The translations under genes and the position numbers were made by a program. DNA of 64,000 nucleotides from an uncultured Acidobacteriota bacterium (GTDB taxonomy: Bacteria; Acidobacteriota; Thermoanaerobaculia; UBA5066; Gp7-AA6), in NCBI GenBank assembly GCA_963832145.1, contig CAWHTA010000011.1, forward strand, positions 665,451-729,450. Direction: 5' to 3'. This document shows positions 18,878 to 28,396 of the stretch, piece by piece. The notes beneath the pieces were generated by a model that saw only the letters and a list, made by a program, of their open reading frames with translations, was not told the origin of the DNA and did not search any database. Each line of letters starts with the position of its first letter. Position 1 is the first letter of the stretch.

Positions 18878-19237
18878 ATGCAGACCCTCGGGCTCGTCGT
18901 CATCGGGGTGGTCGCCGGCGTCGCCGCCGGGATGTTCGGGATCGGGGGAGGGCTCATCATCGTGCCGGCGCTGGCGCTCCTCTACGGGATGTCGCAGCAC
19001 GCGGCGGTCGGCACGTCGCTCGGCGCGATCCTCCTGCCGGTCGGTGCTCTCGGGGCGTGGGTCTACTGGAAGAACGGCAACCTGAACGTGCGCTACTCGC
19101 TGCTGATCGCCGCCGGTCTCCTCGTCGGCGCGTTCCTCGGAGCCAAGATCGTCGAGCCGGTCTCCGACCTCACCCTCCGCCGGATTTTCGCGGGGTTCCT
19201 GCTGCTGGTGTCGGTGCGGATGATGTGGGGGAAGTGA
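18878..19237 (+). CDS. TauE/SafE (TSUP) family membrane protein, half-size
   Basis: ..GMFGIGGGLIIVPALALL.. typical of TSUP transporters. At 119 aa this corresponds to one 4-TM half. Confidence 0.7.
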   Translation: MQTLGLVVIGVVAGVAAGMFGIGGGLIIVPALALLYGMSQHAAVGTSLGAILLPVGALGAWVYWKNGNLNVRYSLLIAAGLLVGAFLGAKIVEPVSDLTLRRIFAGFLLLVSVRMMWGK

Positions 19238-19808
19238 TCCCGCTTCGGAAACACCCGACCAGGTGGTCGTTGACCATCCCGGCTGCCTGCAGGAACGCGT
19301 AGCAGATCGTCGGCCCCACGAAGCGGAAGCCCTGCGCCCGCAGGGCGCGACTCATCGCAACCGACTCCGCGCTCTGCGCCGGGACGTCTCCGGCCCGGCG
19401 CCACCGGTTCCGGCGCGGGCGACCCCCGACGTGACGCCAGAGCTCCCCCGCCAGCGATCCGCTCGCGCGTTGCACGGCGATCACCGCCCGAGCGTTCGTG
19501 ACCACCGACTCGACCTTCCCCCGATGACGGACGATGCCGGGATCTTCGAGGATCCGGTCGATCCTCGCGGCGCGGAACCGGGCGACCTTCCGGGCATCGA
19601 ACCCGGCGAAAGCGGATCGGTAGCCGTCGCGCTTGCGAAGGACCGTGAGCCAGGAGAGCCCGGCCTGCGCGCCCTCGAGGGTGAGGAGCTCGAAGAGGTA
19701 GCGGTCGTCCCAGGACGGAACGCCCCACTCCGTGTCGTGGTACTCGGTGAGCAACGGGTCGCTTTCCGCCCACGGACAGCGTTCGGGACCGGTTCGCGCC
19801 CTGGCCAC
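19170..19808 (-). CDS. tag: DNA-3-methyladenine glycosylase I
   Basis: ..CPWAESDPLLTEYHDTEWGVP..LEGAQAGLSW..GPTICYAFLQAAGMVNDHLVGC... GTG start inferred at 19808. The 3' end overlaps the TSUP gene by 68 nt. Confidence 0.82.
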   Translation of the reverse strand: MARARTGPERCPWAESDPLLTEYHDTEWGVPSWDDRYLFELLTLEGAQAGLSWLTVLRKRDGYRSAFAGFDARKVARFRAARIDRILEDPGIVRHRGKVESVVTNARAVIAVQRASGSLAGELWRHVGGRPRRNRWRRAGDVPAQSAESVAMSRALRAQGFRFVGPTICYAFLQAAGMVNDHLVGCFRSGITSPTSSAPTPAAGTPRKSGGG

Positions 19809-19816
19809 GGCGGGTG

Positions 19817-20551
19817 TTACGGCTGGATGGTGAGGTGGGTTCCCCCGAGCACCTCGAGGGCGGCTCCGGTGATCGCGGCGGCGTCGTCCGACGCGAGGAA
19901 GAGGACCGTCCGCGCCACGTCGCGCGGCCAGAGCTTCTCGGCGAGCGGCTGCTCGCGGGACGGGGCGCCCGTCTCTTCGAGGCGGTTCTCGACCGTCCCG
20001 GGGCACACCGCGTTGACCGCGATGTTGTCGCCCCGGAACTCGCGCGCGAGACTCTGGGTGAGCCCGATCAACCCGAACTTGGCCGCGCTGTGGGCGGCGA
20101 GGTTCGCCTCGCCCCGCATCCCGTGGATCGAGGAGACGTTCACGATTCGTCCGCGCCGCCTCTCCACCATGCCCGGGATCACGGCGCGACAGAAGTTCGC
20201 CGCGCCGGTCAGGTTCGTCGAGATGACGAGGTCCCACTCCTCCGGGGAAAGCTGGAGGAAGGGCCGCCACAGGAAGACCCCCGCGTTGTTGACGAGGACG
20301 TCGATCGGCCCGAGCTCGGCTTCGACCCTGGCAACCGCGGCCGCCGCTCCGGCGCGGTCGCGGATGTCCGTGGGGATCGCGATCGCGCGAGCGCCCGCCT
20401 GCTCGACGAGGCTTGCTGTCGCGAGGAGCTCCGTCTCGCTGCGCGCAACGAGGCCGACCCGCGCGCCCTCCTCGGCGAAGCGCAGCGCGATCGATCGCCC
20501 GATCCCCCGCGAGGCGCCCGTCACGAGAACGGTGCGGTCGCGGAAATTCAT
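19817..20551 (-). CDS. SDR-family oxidoreductase (FabG-like)
   Basis: MNFRDRTVLVTGASRGIGRSIA.. and ..SSIHG..YSAAKFG.. (TGxxxGxG plus YxxxK). Confidence 0.85.
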   Translation of the reverse strand: MNFRDRTVLVTGASRGIGRSIALRFAEEGARVGLVARSETELLATASLVEQAGARAIAIPTDIRDRAGAAAAVARVEAELGPIDVLVNNAGVFLWRPFLQLSPEEWDLVISTNLTGAANFCRAVIPGMVERRRGRIVNVSSIHGMRGEANLAAHSAAKFGLIGLTQSLAREFRGDNIAVNAVCPGTVENRLEETGAPSREQPLAEKLWPRDVARTVLFLASDDAAAITGAALEVLGGTHLTIQP

Positions 20552-21012
20552 CGCCCGAGTTCCTCGTAGAGCTCCTCGGAGAACAGCCGCTCCGACCCGC
20601 GGGCCGTGAAGGTCGGGCCGCCCGCGAGAGTGCTTCCTTCCTCGCCCGGCGCGGCGCGGTCGACCTTCACGCGCACGACCGACAGCGGAAAGATCTGGCG
20701 TTCCGGGTCGTAGTCGCAGACGTGCCCGCGTCCCGCCTTCGCCTGCACCCACACGGCCTGGTTGCGGGCGAGGAGGAAGAGCGTCGCCGTCCGCCGACGG
20801 ATGAGGTTCGCCGCCGTCCGGCTGCCGCCGCGGACGGCCACGACGATCTCCTTGCGCGAGCGGGACCGGACCTCGCCCAGCGTGAGCAGGGCCGCGCGGG
20901 GGAAGCCGCCGGGATCCACGGTGAGAAACGGAAGCGCGAGGCGTCGCCGCGCGCGGAAGCCCGCGCCCGAAAGAGCGAGGTGGACCTCCGGTGGCAGGCG
21001 GTCGAGCTCCAT
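20548..21012 (-). CDS. hypothetical protein (possibly a pyridoxamine-5'-phosphate-oxidase-like split barrel)
   Basis: 154-aa ORF in an ATGA overlap with the downstream SDR. The family assignment is by eye only. Confidence 0.5.
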   Translation of the reverse strand: MELDRLPPEVHLALSGAGFRARRRLALPFLTVDPGGFPRAALLTLGEVRSRSRKEIVVAVRGGSRTAANLIRRRTATLFLLARNQAVWVQAKAGRGHVCDYDPERQIFPLSVVRVKVDRAAPGEEGSTLAGGPTFTARGSERLFSEELYEELGR

Positions 21013-21061
21013 TTCCGGGAGTTTATGGCGAACGGTGCGGGCCGGCGCCCCGCGCCGAAAT

Positions 21062-21850
21062 ATGATTCGCCGGATGAGAGCAGCGCGTTCGTTCCGAGTG
21101 GTTTTCCTTCTCGCGGCGGCCGTTGCGGCGCTTGCCGGACCGCCCGCCCTTTTCGCCGACGATCGCGCGGACCAGGTGGCGCGCGAGCTCCTCCAGGCGC
21201 TCGGCGGCCCGGCGGCGTGGGAGAAAGCCCGTCAGATCCGGTTCGACTTCGTCGTCGAGCGCGAGGGCAAACGCGCGGCGGAGTTCCGGCACCTCTGGGA
21301 CCGCTACACCGGCGACTACCGCGTGCACGGCGCCGATAAGTCCGGCGCCCCCTACGTCGTCTACTTCAACGTCAACACCCGCGAGGGGACGACGTTTTTG
21401 AACGGCCGCCCCGTCGAGGGAGAGGAGAAGAAGAAACTCCTCGAGGCGGCGTACGGCCGGTTCATCAATGACTCGTACTGGCTGCTCGCACCCTGGAAGG
21501 TCATGGACCCGGGTGTCGTCCGCACGTACGAGGGCGAAAAGACGACGGCGGACGGCGAGCTCTGCGACGTGATCCGTCTCTCGTTCGAGGGAGTGGGACT
21601 CACGCCGAAAGACGTCTACCGGCTGTGGGTGACGCGGGACGGGCGGCGCATGGTCCAGTGGGAGTACGTTCTCGGAGGAGCTCAGGAGGAGCCGACTGTC
21701 GCATTCTGGAAGGACTGGCGAAAGTTCTCCGGGATCTCGCTCGCGCTCGACAGAGCCTTTCCCGTGCGGCCGGTCCGGATCTTCTTCGAGAACGTCTCGG
21801 TGTCTCCGACGCGCGACGACAAGGAGTTCGCGGCGCCCGCGACTCAATAA
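21062..21850 (+). CDS. secreted hypothetical protein
   Basis: Signal peptide MIRRMRAARSFRVVFLLAAAVAALAGPPALFA; non-shadow composition (K/E/Y/W rich). Confidence 0.65.
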   Translation: MIRRMRAARSFRVVFLLAAAVAALAGPPALFADDRADQVARELLQALGGPAAWEKARQIRFDFVVEREGKRAAEFRHLWDRYTGDYRVHGADKSGAPYVVYFNVNTREGTTFLNGRPVEGEEKKKLLEAAYGRFINDSYWLLAPWKVMDPGVVRTYEGEKTTADGELCDVIRLSFEGVGLTPKDVYRLWVTRDGRRMVQWEYVLGGAQEEPTVAFWKDWRKFSGISLALDRAFPVRPVRIFFENVSVSPTRDDKEFAAPATQ

Positions 21851-21870
21851 ACCGAGGAGCGGGTAAGCCT

Positions 21871-22000
21871 GTCATTCCGAGGAGTGCCGAAGCCTGTCAT
21901 TCCGAGGAGCGCAGCGACGAGGAATCTGGTTCCCTGTCGAGAGAGCCACAGATCCCTCGCTTCGCTCGGGATGACAAGGCAGGGGGTCCTCGGGATGACA
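21871..22000. repeat. GTCATYCYGAG-type palindromic repeat cluster
   Basis: GTCATTCCGAGGAGTGCCGAAGCCT, GTCATTCCGAGGAGCGCAGCGACGAGGAATCTGG ... CACAGATCCCTCGCTTCGCTCGGGATGAC, CCTCGGGATGAC. Confidence 0.85.
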
Positions 22001-22011
22001 GAGTGAGCCGG

Positions 22012-22935
22012 ATGTCACGCAGGGCCTTCCTCGCGCTCGCGACCCTCACGTTCGGCTGCGCGACCGCCCCGGCGCCCGGCGTCCGCTACGCGAGCATCCC
22101 GTCCCCGAGCCTTCCCTCGCCGGCGGATTGTTTCGTGCTCGCGCCGCCTTCCTACGAGCGGTCGCCGGCGCGGCGTTATCCCGTACTGATCTTTCTGCAC
22201 GACGGCTACGGAAACGTTCACACGCTCGACCGACGCGGCGTGGCGGCCGAGCTCCACGCGCGGATGGCCGACGGTCGGCTTCCGGAGTTCTTCGTCGTGG
22301 CGCCCGGCGCGGCCGGGTCCTGGTTCTCCGACTCCTACGACGGCAAGCGGCGCTGGGAGGAGTTCCTGACCGGTGACTTCCTGCGCACGCTCGAGACCCG
22401 TTACCGGATCGTGCCGGGAGAACGCGGGCGCGCGATCACGGGCATCTCGATGGGAGGGTTCGGCGCCGTCAAGATCGCTCTCAAGCATCCGGATCTCTTC
22501 GCCTCGGTCTCCGCGCTCTCGGGCGCCCTGATCCCGATCGAATGGGGCGCCCTCGAGCGTTACAACTGGGTCACCCGTCTGACGTTGAAGCGCGTTTTCG
22601 GCAACCGTCCGGACGCGAACACGCTCGCGGAGAACGACGTCTGGGAGATCCTGCGAGGCGTCCAGTTCGAGCGTCCCCCTTTCGACGCGCACCTCCGGGC
22701 GGGAACCGACGATCGTTACCGACTCGATCGCGTCGCCGCGCAGTTCGGTTCCTACATGAACGAGCACGGCATTCCGACGGAGGTGGTGCTCGAGCCGGGC
22801 GACCACGACTGGAAGTACTGGCGCCGCGGGCTCGTCGCGATCGCCGAGTGGCACGGGAAGCGGTTCCAATATGATGCAGCGGTTAGCTCTCAGCTGTCAG
22901 CTATCAGCCGGAAGAAGGCTCGGGGCCCACGCTGA
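22012..22935 (+). CDS. alpha/beta-hydrolase, putative esterase family (esterase D / enterochelin-esterase-like)
   Basis: Lipoprotein-like N-terminus ..LATLTFGCA.., ..YPVLIFLHDG.., and nucleophile elbow ..GISMGGFGA... The last ~20 aa are encoded by a heptamer repeat. Confidence 0.78.
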   Translation: MSRRAFLALATLTFGCATAPAPGVRYASIPSPSLPSPADCFVLAPPSYERSPARRYPVLIFLHDGYGNVHTLDRRGVAAELHARMADGRLPEFFVVAPGAAGSWFSDSYDGKRRWEEFLTGDFLRTLETRYRIVPGERGRAITGISMGGFGAVKIALKHPDLFASVSALSGALIPIEWGALERYNWVTRLTLKRVFGNRPDANTLAENDVWEILRGVQFERPPFDAHLRAGTDDRYRLDRVAAQFGSYMNEHGIPTEVVLEPGDHDWKYWRRGLVAIAEWHGKRFQYDAAVSSQLSAISRKKARGPR

Positions 22936-22960
22936 GAGCTCAGAGCTGATGGCTGATGGC
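22885..22960. repeat. palindromic heptamer-repeat array (AGCTNTC x3 / GCTNAKR x4)
   Basis: AGCTCTC AGCTGTC AGCTATC AGCC (22885-22909) ... GCTGAGA GCTCAGA GCTGATG GCTGATG GC (22931-22960). It overlaps the esterase 3' end and supplies the HAD start codon. Confidence 0.85.
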
Positions 22961-23647
22961 AACTCGTTCCGGCTCGTACTCTTCGACATCGACGGCACGC
23001 TCCTATCCGCCGGACGGGCAGCGCGCGAGTCGATTCTCGCGGCCCTCGCCGCGGTCCTCGGCTGGGAAGGATCGTCCGACGGAACCGACTTTTCCGGGAA
23101 GACCGACCCCCAGATTCTGCGCGAGCTCGTAATGGAGTCGGTGGGCCGGCCGCGCTTCGAAGCGACACTCGAGTCCGTGCTCGACCGCTACGTCGAGGAG
23201 CTCTCCCGTCGTCTCCGGCCGGAAGCCGTCGTCGTCAAGCCGGGCGTGTCCGCGCTCCTCGATCGCCTCGCCGACGACCCGCGCGTGACGCTCGGACTCC
23301 TGACCGGCAACATCGAGCGGGGCGCGCGGCTGAAGCTCGAGCCCGCCGGACTGAACCGGTACTTCTCCTTCGGCGCCTTCGGCAACGACTCCGCCGACCG
23401 TTACTGCCTGCCGCCGATCGCCGTGGCGCGAGCTCGAGAAGAGACCGGTCGGGATTTTTCGAGCGAGTCCGTCGTCATCATCGGTGACTCCGTACACGAT
23501 GTCGGGTGCGGCCGTTCGCTCGGCGCCCGGACCATCGCGGTCGCGACCGGTCCCACCTCCGCGGAGGCGCTTGCGGCGGAGCGACCGGACGCTCTCTTCC
23601 TCGATTTCTCCGACGTCGACGCGGCGCAGGAGGCCATCCTCCAGTGA
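22949..23647 (+). CDS. HAD-family hydrolase
   Basis: ..LVLFDIDGTLL.. (DxDGT motif I) and ..IGDSVHD.. (motif IV). ATG at 22949 lies within the repeat. Confidence 0.82.
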   Translation: MADGNSFRLVLFDIDGTLLSAGRAARESILAALAAVLGWEGSSDGTDFSGKTDPQILRELVMESVGRPRFEATLESVLDRYVEELSRRLRPEAVVVKPGVSALLDRLADDPRVTLGLLTGNIERGARLKLEPAGLNRYFSFGAFGNDSADRYCLPPIAVARAREETGRDFSSESVVIIGDSVHDVGCGRSLGARTIAVATGPTSAEALAAERPDALFLDFSDVDAAQEAILQ

Positions 23648-24786
23648 GACGCGGCATCGCCCTGGTCGTGTTTGCCGCGTTGACTCTCGGCTGCGCCGCG
23701 GGCGGTCCGGGGCCCACCCGCCCGGCGGCGACGGCGGCTGCCGCGAGCCGCGCGCCGTACAAGGCGCCGCCGGCCGGGAATCACTCCATCGAGATCCAGG
23801 TGGACTCGAAGGCGGCGCAGGACCTCGTCACGTTTCTCGCGCTCCCGCAGTTCCGGGCCGATCAGGCCAGGGCGATCACCGAGCTGCCGGCGGTCCGACT
23901 CGCCATCCAGGACTCCGGCCGTACGCTGGAGACGTTCGAACGGGACCTCGCCGCGGCATTCGACGAGGAGGAAAAGAGCGCCGTGTTCGACCTCCGGTCC
24001 CTTCGCGCCGGGAACGCACGGTGGTCGAAGCTCCTGACCGACCTCGAACCGCGGCGATCCGAGCTCGCCCGCCTGGCGGCGTTGCGTGCCGCCGCCCTCC
24101 TTCCCGCCGATCGACCTCTGAGGACGCGTCTGCAGGTCTTTCTCACCTTCGGGCTCGCCGGGCTTGCGGACCACCTCGTGGTGATCACGCCGTCCGGCGA
24201 CGAGGTGATGATCGTCGATCTCGCGCGGGCGCTCGGAGACGCGGAGGGCGAGACAGTCGAGAACCAGGTCGAACGCGTCGCCCGCCTGATTGCCGGCGAA
24301 GCGTTCCGGCAGGCGTGGCGCCTCTACCGCTCGCAAAGCCCGAACTGGACGCGCCGCGATACGAGCCTCGGACAGCTCGACCCGCTGTTCCGTCTCGTTG
24401 CGGAGCAGGGTCCCGTCGCGCTTTTTCACGTCGACGAGAACTTTTTTCCCCTTTCGGTGTGGCTGAAGGAGCCGATGAAGCGCTCGATCGCGGAGCTGAA
24501 CCGGTTCTCGGAAAGGCTTGTCGAGTCGGAGAAGGAACTCGAGGAGCGAATCGCCGTCGAGGCTGATCTGAAGCGGCCGGAGTTCGGTCAGCGGGTGGGC
24601 GGGCCGGCCGGTGCGTTTCTCTGCGACGCGATCATCCAGACCCTCGGGCTCGACGCGTTCCGCGCGGCGCTCGCGGGCGGCCCGACGGCGTTCTTCGTTG
24701 CGTACGGAAACGCGGTCGAGAAGAGCCGCGATCTGATTCCTCTCGCGGACGTCGTTCGGGAGCGGCTCGGAACGGTTCCCCGGTAG
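23644..24786 (+). CDS. hypothetical lipoprotein
   Basis: GTG at 23644 (GTGA overlap with the HAD stop); VRRGIALVVFAALTLGCAAGG lipobox; no family recognised. Confidence 0.6.
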   Translation: MRRGIALVVFAALTLGCAAGGPGPTRPAATAAAASRAPYKAPPAGNHSIEIQVDSKAAQDLVTFLALPQFRADQARAITELPAVRLAIQDSGRTLETFERDLAAAFDEEEKSAVFDLRSLRAGNARWSKLLTDLEPRRSELARLAALRAAALLPADRPLRTRLQVFLTFGLAGLADHLVVITPSGDEVMIVDLARALGDAEGETVENQVERVARLIAGEAFRQAWRLYRSQSPNWTRRDTSLGQLDPLFRLVAEQGPVALFHVDENFFPLSVWLKEPMKRSIAELNRFSERLVESEKELEERIAVEADLKRPEFGQRVGGPAGAFLCDAIIQTLGLDAFRAALAGGPTAFFVAYGNAVEKSRDLIPLADVVRERLGTVPR

Positions 24787-26232
24787 ATGTCCGTGCGGTC
24801 CCTGGCCCTTCGGATCGCGGGGGCGGAGGTCACGACCGGCGATTGGATCGACGTCCGCTCTCCCTGGTCCGGCGAGCCCTTCGCGCGCGCCGCGAAAGCA
24901 GGTCCGCCGGAGATCGAGAACGCGATCGCGGCGGCAGCCGCGGGATTCGAGGAGACTCGCCGACTGCCGTCCCACCGGCGCGCGGAGATCCTGCGCCGCC
25001 TCGGCGACGAGCTCTTCCGCGTCAAGGCGGACCTGGCGGACACGATCGTCGCGGAAGCCGGCAAGCCGCGCCGCTACGCCGAAGCGGAGGTCGAGCGCGG
25101 ACTGACGACGGTGCGGCTCGCTTCGGAAGAGGCGACCCGAATCGGGGGAGAGGTCCTCCCCGTGGACATCGAGCCCCGCGGAGAAGGAGCGTTCTGCGCG
25201 GTTCGCCGCTTTCCGGTGGGACCCGTCACCGCGATCACGCCGTTCAACTTCCCGCTGAACCTCGCGCTCCACAAGGTGGCTCCGGCGCTCGCGGCGGGCA
25301 ACCCCGTGATCCTGAAACCTTCCCCGCGGACCCCGGGCACGGCGGACCTTCTCGCGCGCGCCGTCGAAGCGTCGGGCTGGCCGGCGAAGGCCTTCTCGCT
25401 CGTCCATGCCGACCCCGATGTCGCGCGCCCGCTCTGGACGGACGAGCGCATTCGCTGTGTCAGCTTCACCGGAAGCGACGTCGTCGGCTGGAAGATCAAG
25501 GCGGAGGCAGCGACAAGGAAAGTCACCCTCGAGCTCGGAGGGAACGCCGCCGCGATCGTGTGCGAAGACGCCGCGATCGAGGACGCCGCCGAGAAGCTCG
25601 CAACGGCCGCCTTCGCGTACGCCGGTCAGGTCTGCATCAAGGCTCAGCGTCTGATCATCGCCCGCTCGATTTACGAGCCGTTTCTCGCCGCGTTCCTCGT
25701 TGCTGCGAGAAAGATCGAGCCGGCCGATCCGTCCGGCGCCGATACCGTTCTCGGCCCGATGATCGATTCGGAGAGTGCAACCCGCGTCGAGACGTGGATC
25801 GGCGAAGCCGCGAACGCCGGAGCGCAGATCCTTCTCCCGTCGCGCCGGGAAGGGTCGAAGCTCTGGCCGGTCGTCGCCGCGAACGTCCCGGCCGGGACGA
25901 ACCTCCACGAGAGAGAAATCTTCGGGCCTGTGGCGACGGTGGAGGCCTTCGACCGGTTCGACGACGCCATCCGCGCGGCGAACGACACCCGATACGGCCT
26001 CCAGGCGTCCGTCTTCACGCGCGACGTCGCGCGGGTGATGGCGGCGTTCGAAGGCCTCGAGGTGGGCGGCGTGATCGTGAACGACGCCCCCACTCTGCGC
26101 ATCGACAACTTCCCGTACGGCGGCACGAAGGCGTCCGGCTTCGGACGGGAAGGCGTTCGCTACGCGATCGAGGAGATGACGGAGAGAAGGGTTCTCTTTC
26201 TGAGGACACCGGCAGCAGCCGGGAGCCGCTAG
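24787..26232 (+). CDS. aldehyde dehydrogenase family protein
   Basis: ..ITPFNFPLNL.., ..ELGGNAAAIV.., ..GQVCIKAQR.. (catalytic Glu/Cys). The ATG directly follows the upstream TAG. Confidence 0.88.
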   Translation: MSVRSLALRIAGAEVTTGDWIDVRSPWSGEPFARAAKAGPPEIENAIAAAAAGFEETRRLPSHRRAEILRRLGDELFRVKADLADTIVAEAGKPRRYAEAEVERGLTTVRLASEEATRIGGEVLPVDIEPRGEGAFCAVRRFPVGPVTAITPFNFPLNLALHKVAPALAAGNPVILKPSPRTPGTADLLARAVEASGWPAKAFSLVHADPDVARPLWTDERIRCVSFTGSDVVGWKIKAEAATRKVTLELGGNAAAIVCEDAAIEDAAEKLATAAFAYAGQVCIKAQRLIIARSIYEPFLAAFLVAARKIEPADPSGADTVLGPMIDSESATRVETWIGEAANAGAQILLPSRREGSKLWPVVAANVPAGTNLHEREIFGPVATVEAFDRFDDAIRAANDTRYGLQASVFTRDVARVMAAFEGLEVGGVIVNDAPTLRIDNFPYGGTKASGFGREGVRYAIEEMTERRVLFLRTPAAAGSR

Positions 26233-26326
26233 CCCCTGGGGAGGAAACGGCCTTTTTCATCGGCTTCCGGCTGCCGACCCCGGCGGTAGGATTGGATCCA
26301 CTGAACGTCCATTTGGGGGGTCTCTG

Positions 26327-28396
26327 ATGCGCGCCTCTCTTCCCGCGAACGAGGACACCCGCCTCGAGGCCCTCCGCGAGCTCGAAATTCTGGATACGCC
26401 TCCCGAGGCGGAGTACGACGACCTCACGCTGATCGCCTCGGAGATCTGCGGCACTCCGATTTCGATGATCTCCCTCGTGGACCGGGACCGGCAGTGGTTC
26501 AAGTCGAGGGTCGGTCTCGACAAGCCGGAGACGTCGCGCGACATGGCGTTCTGCGCGCACGCCATCCTGCAGCGCGGCCTGTTCGTCGTCTCGGACGCCA
26601 CCGAGGATCCTCGTTTCTCCGACAACCCGCTCGTCACGACCGATCCCAAGATCCGGTTCTACGCGGGCGCTCCGCTTCGCACGACGGACGGCCATGCGCT
26701 CGGAACGCTCTGCGTGATGGACCGCACTCCGCGCCAGCTCACGGAGAAGCAGGAGAACGCGCTGCGGGCCCTTTCGCGCCAGGTCGAGGCCCAGCTCGAG
26801 CTCCGGCGGCTCGTCCTCAAGCAGAAGAAGGATGCGGACGAAGCGCTCCACGAGAAGGACGTCGAGGTCCGGGTGCTCGTCGAACAGATGCCCGCCGTCC
26901 TCTGGTCCGTCGACCGCGCCATGCGGTTCACTTCATCCATGGGCGCGGGCCTCGCCAACCTGAACCAGCGGCCGGATCAGTTCAAAGGGTGGACGGTCTT
27001 CGACTACTTCGGCACTTCCGATCCGGAGTTCCACGCGATCGCCGCCCACCGGAAGGCGCTCGCCGGCGAGTCCGTCACCTATGAGGTCGAGTGGAAGGGG
27101 CGCACGTTCGCGGCGCACGTCGAACCGCTGCGCCACAACGACGGAACCATCAAGGGGGTCATCGGGTCGGCGCTCGACATCACCGAGAGGAAGAACGCCG
27201 AGAAGGATCTCGAGAGGACGATCTCGCTCCTCCGGGCCACGCTCGATTCGACGGCGGACGGGATTCTCGTCATCGATCAGGAGGGCAAGATCGTCGCGTA
27301 CAACCGCCGCTTCCTCGACATGTGGAAGATCACCGCAACGGCCGCGAGCACCCTCCATCGGGACGACCTCCTCACGTCGGTGCTCGACCAGGTGAAAGAC
27401 CCGGGCGGTTTCGTGCAGCTCGCGATGCGGTCTTACGCCCGCCAGGACTCCGAGTCGCTCGACGTAGTCGAGTTCAAGGACGGCCGGGTTTTCGAGAGGT
27501 ACTCGCATCCCCAGATACTCGGCGGGAAGAGCGTGGGCAAGGTCCTCTCGTTCCGCGACGTCACCGTCCGCCGCCGGGCGGACCGCGAGATCGAGGAAAG
27601 CGTGTCGCTTCTCAAGGCGACCCTCGATGCGACGACAGACGGAATCCTCGTCGTCGACGAGAACGGCAAGATGGTCAACTTCAACCGGAAGTTCACCGAG
27701 ATGTGGCGCATCCCGCAGTCGGTTCAGGACTCCCGCGACGACAACGAGGCGCTCGCGTGGGTGCTCGATAAGCTGAAAGACCCCGAGCGGTTCATCAAGA
27801 AGGTGCGGGAGCTCTACGCGCAGCCGGACTCGAAGAGCTACGACTGGGTCGAGTTCAAGGACGGCAGGATCTTCGAGCGGTATTCACAGCCGCAGAAGAT
27901 TGGCGGCAAGACCGTGGGAAGGGTCTGGAGCTTCCGGGACGCCACCGACCGCCGATTGATGGAGATGACGCTCAAGCGTCAGGCGCGTTACTTCGAGCAC
28001 ATCTTCGACGGCGTCGTCGTCACGGATCTCGACGGACGAATCGTCGACTGGAACACCGGCGCGACGCGGATGTTCGGCTACGCGAAAGAAGAGGCGGTGG
28101 GCCAGACTCCCGGTCTCGTCCACCGTCCGGAGGATGCTCCCGACCTGACCGAAAAGATGTTGAAGGCGGTGCGCCGCGAAGGCCGCTGGTCCGGCGAGAT
28201 GCCGTTCCGGCGCAAGGACGGATCGGAAGGTGTCGCCGAGACGCTGGTCGTTTCGGTCGGAGACGAGTACGGCCGGCCGCTCGCCGCGATCTTCGTCAAC
28301 CGCGACGTCACGGAGTTGAAGCGGTTGAGGGGCGAGTCACCTCGCGATGAGGCAGCCGCCCGAAGGGCGGCCGGAAGCGATCGTGGAGGGGTCTGA
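26327..28396 (+). CDS. GAF plus four PAS domains sensor protein without recognisable output domain
   Basis: N-terminal GAF (..DRDRQWFKSRVGL..FCAHAI..FYAGAPL..LGTLCVMD..), then four PAS repeats each ending ..SFRD(V/A)T. There are no HisKA, GGDEF or EAL motifs. The C-terminus runs into a tandem repeat. Confidence 0.8.
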   Translation: MRASLPANEDTRLEALRELEILDTPPEAEYDDLTLIASEICGTPISMISLVDRDRQWFKSRVGLDKPETSRDMAFCAHAILQRGLFVVSDATEDPRFSDNPLVTTDPKIRFYAGAPLRTTDGHALGTLCVMDRTPRQLTEKQENALRALSRQVEAQLELRRLVLKQKKDADEALHEKDVEVRVLVEQMPAVLWSVDRAMRFTSSMGAGLANLNQRPDQFKGWTVFDYFGTSDPEFHAIAAHRKALAGESVTYEVEWKGRTFAAHVEPLRHNDGTIKGVIGSALDITERKNAEKDLERTISLLRATLDSTADGILVIDQEGKIVAYNRRFLDMWKITATAASTLHRDDLLTSVLDQVKDPGGFVQLAMRSYARQDSESLDVVEFKDGRVFERYSHPQILGGKSVGKVLSFRDVTVRRRADREIEESVSLLKATLDATTDGILVVDENGKMVNFNRKFTEMWRIPQSVQDSRDDNEALAWVLDKLKDPERFIKKVRELYAQPDSKSYDWVEFKDGRIFERYSQPQKIGGKTVGRVWSFRDATDRRLMEMTLKRQARYFEHIFDGVVVTDLDGRIVDWNTGATRMFGYAKEEAVGQTPGLVHRPEDAPDLTEKMLKAVRREGRWSGEMPFRRKDGSEGVAETLVVSVGDEYGRPLAAIFVNRDVTELKRLRGESPRDEAAARRAAGSDRGGV

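Noticed and set aside
19170-19237. The 68-nt convergent overlap of tag and the TSUP gene as a possible antisense regulatory arrangement.
   Set aside because: It is more simply explained by the lack of an earlier stop codon in GC-rich sequence extending the Tag ORF. There is no structural or conserved feature to support regulation.
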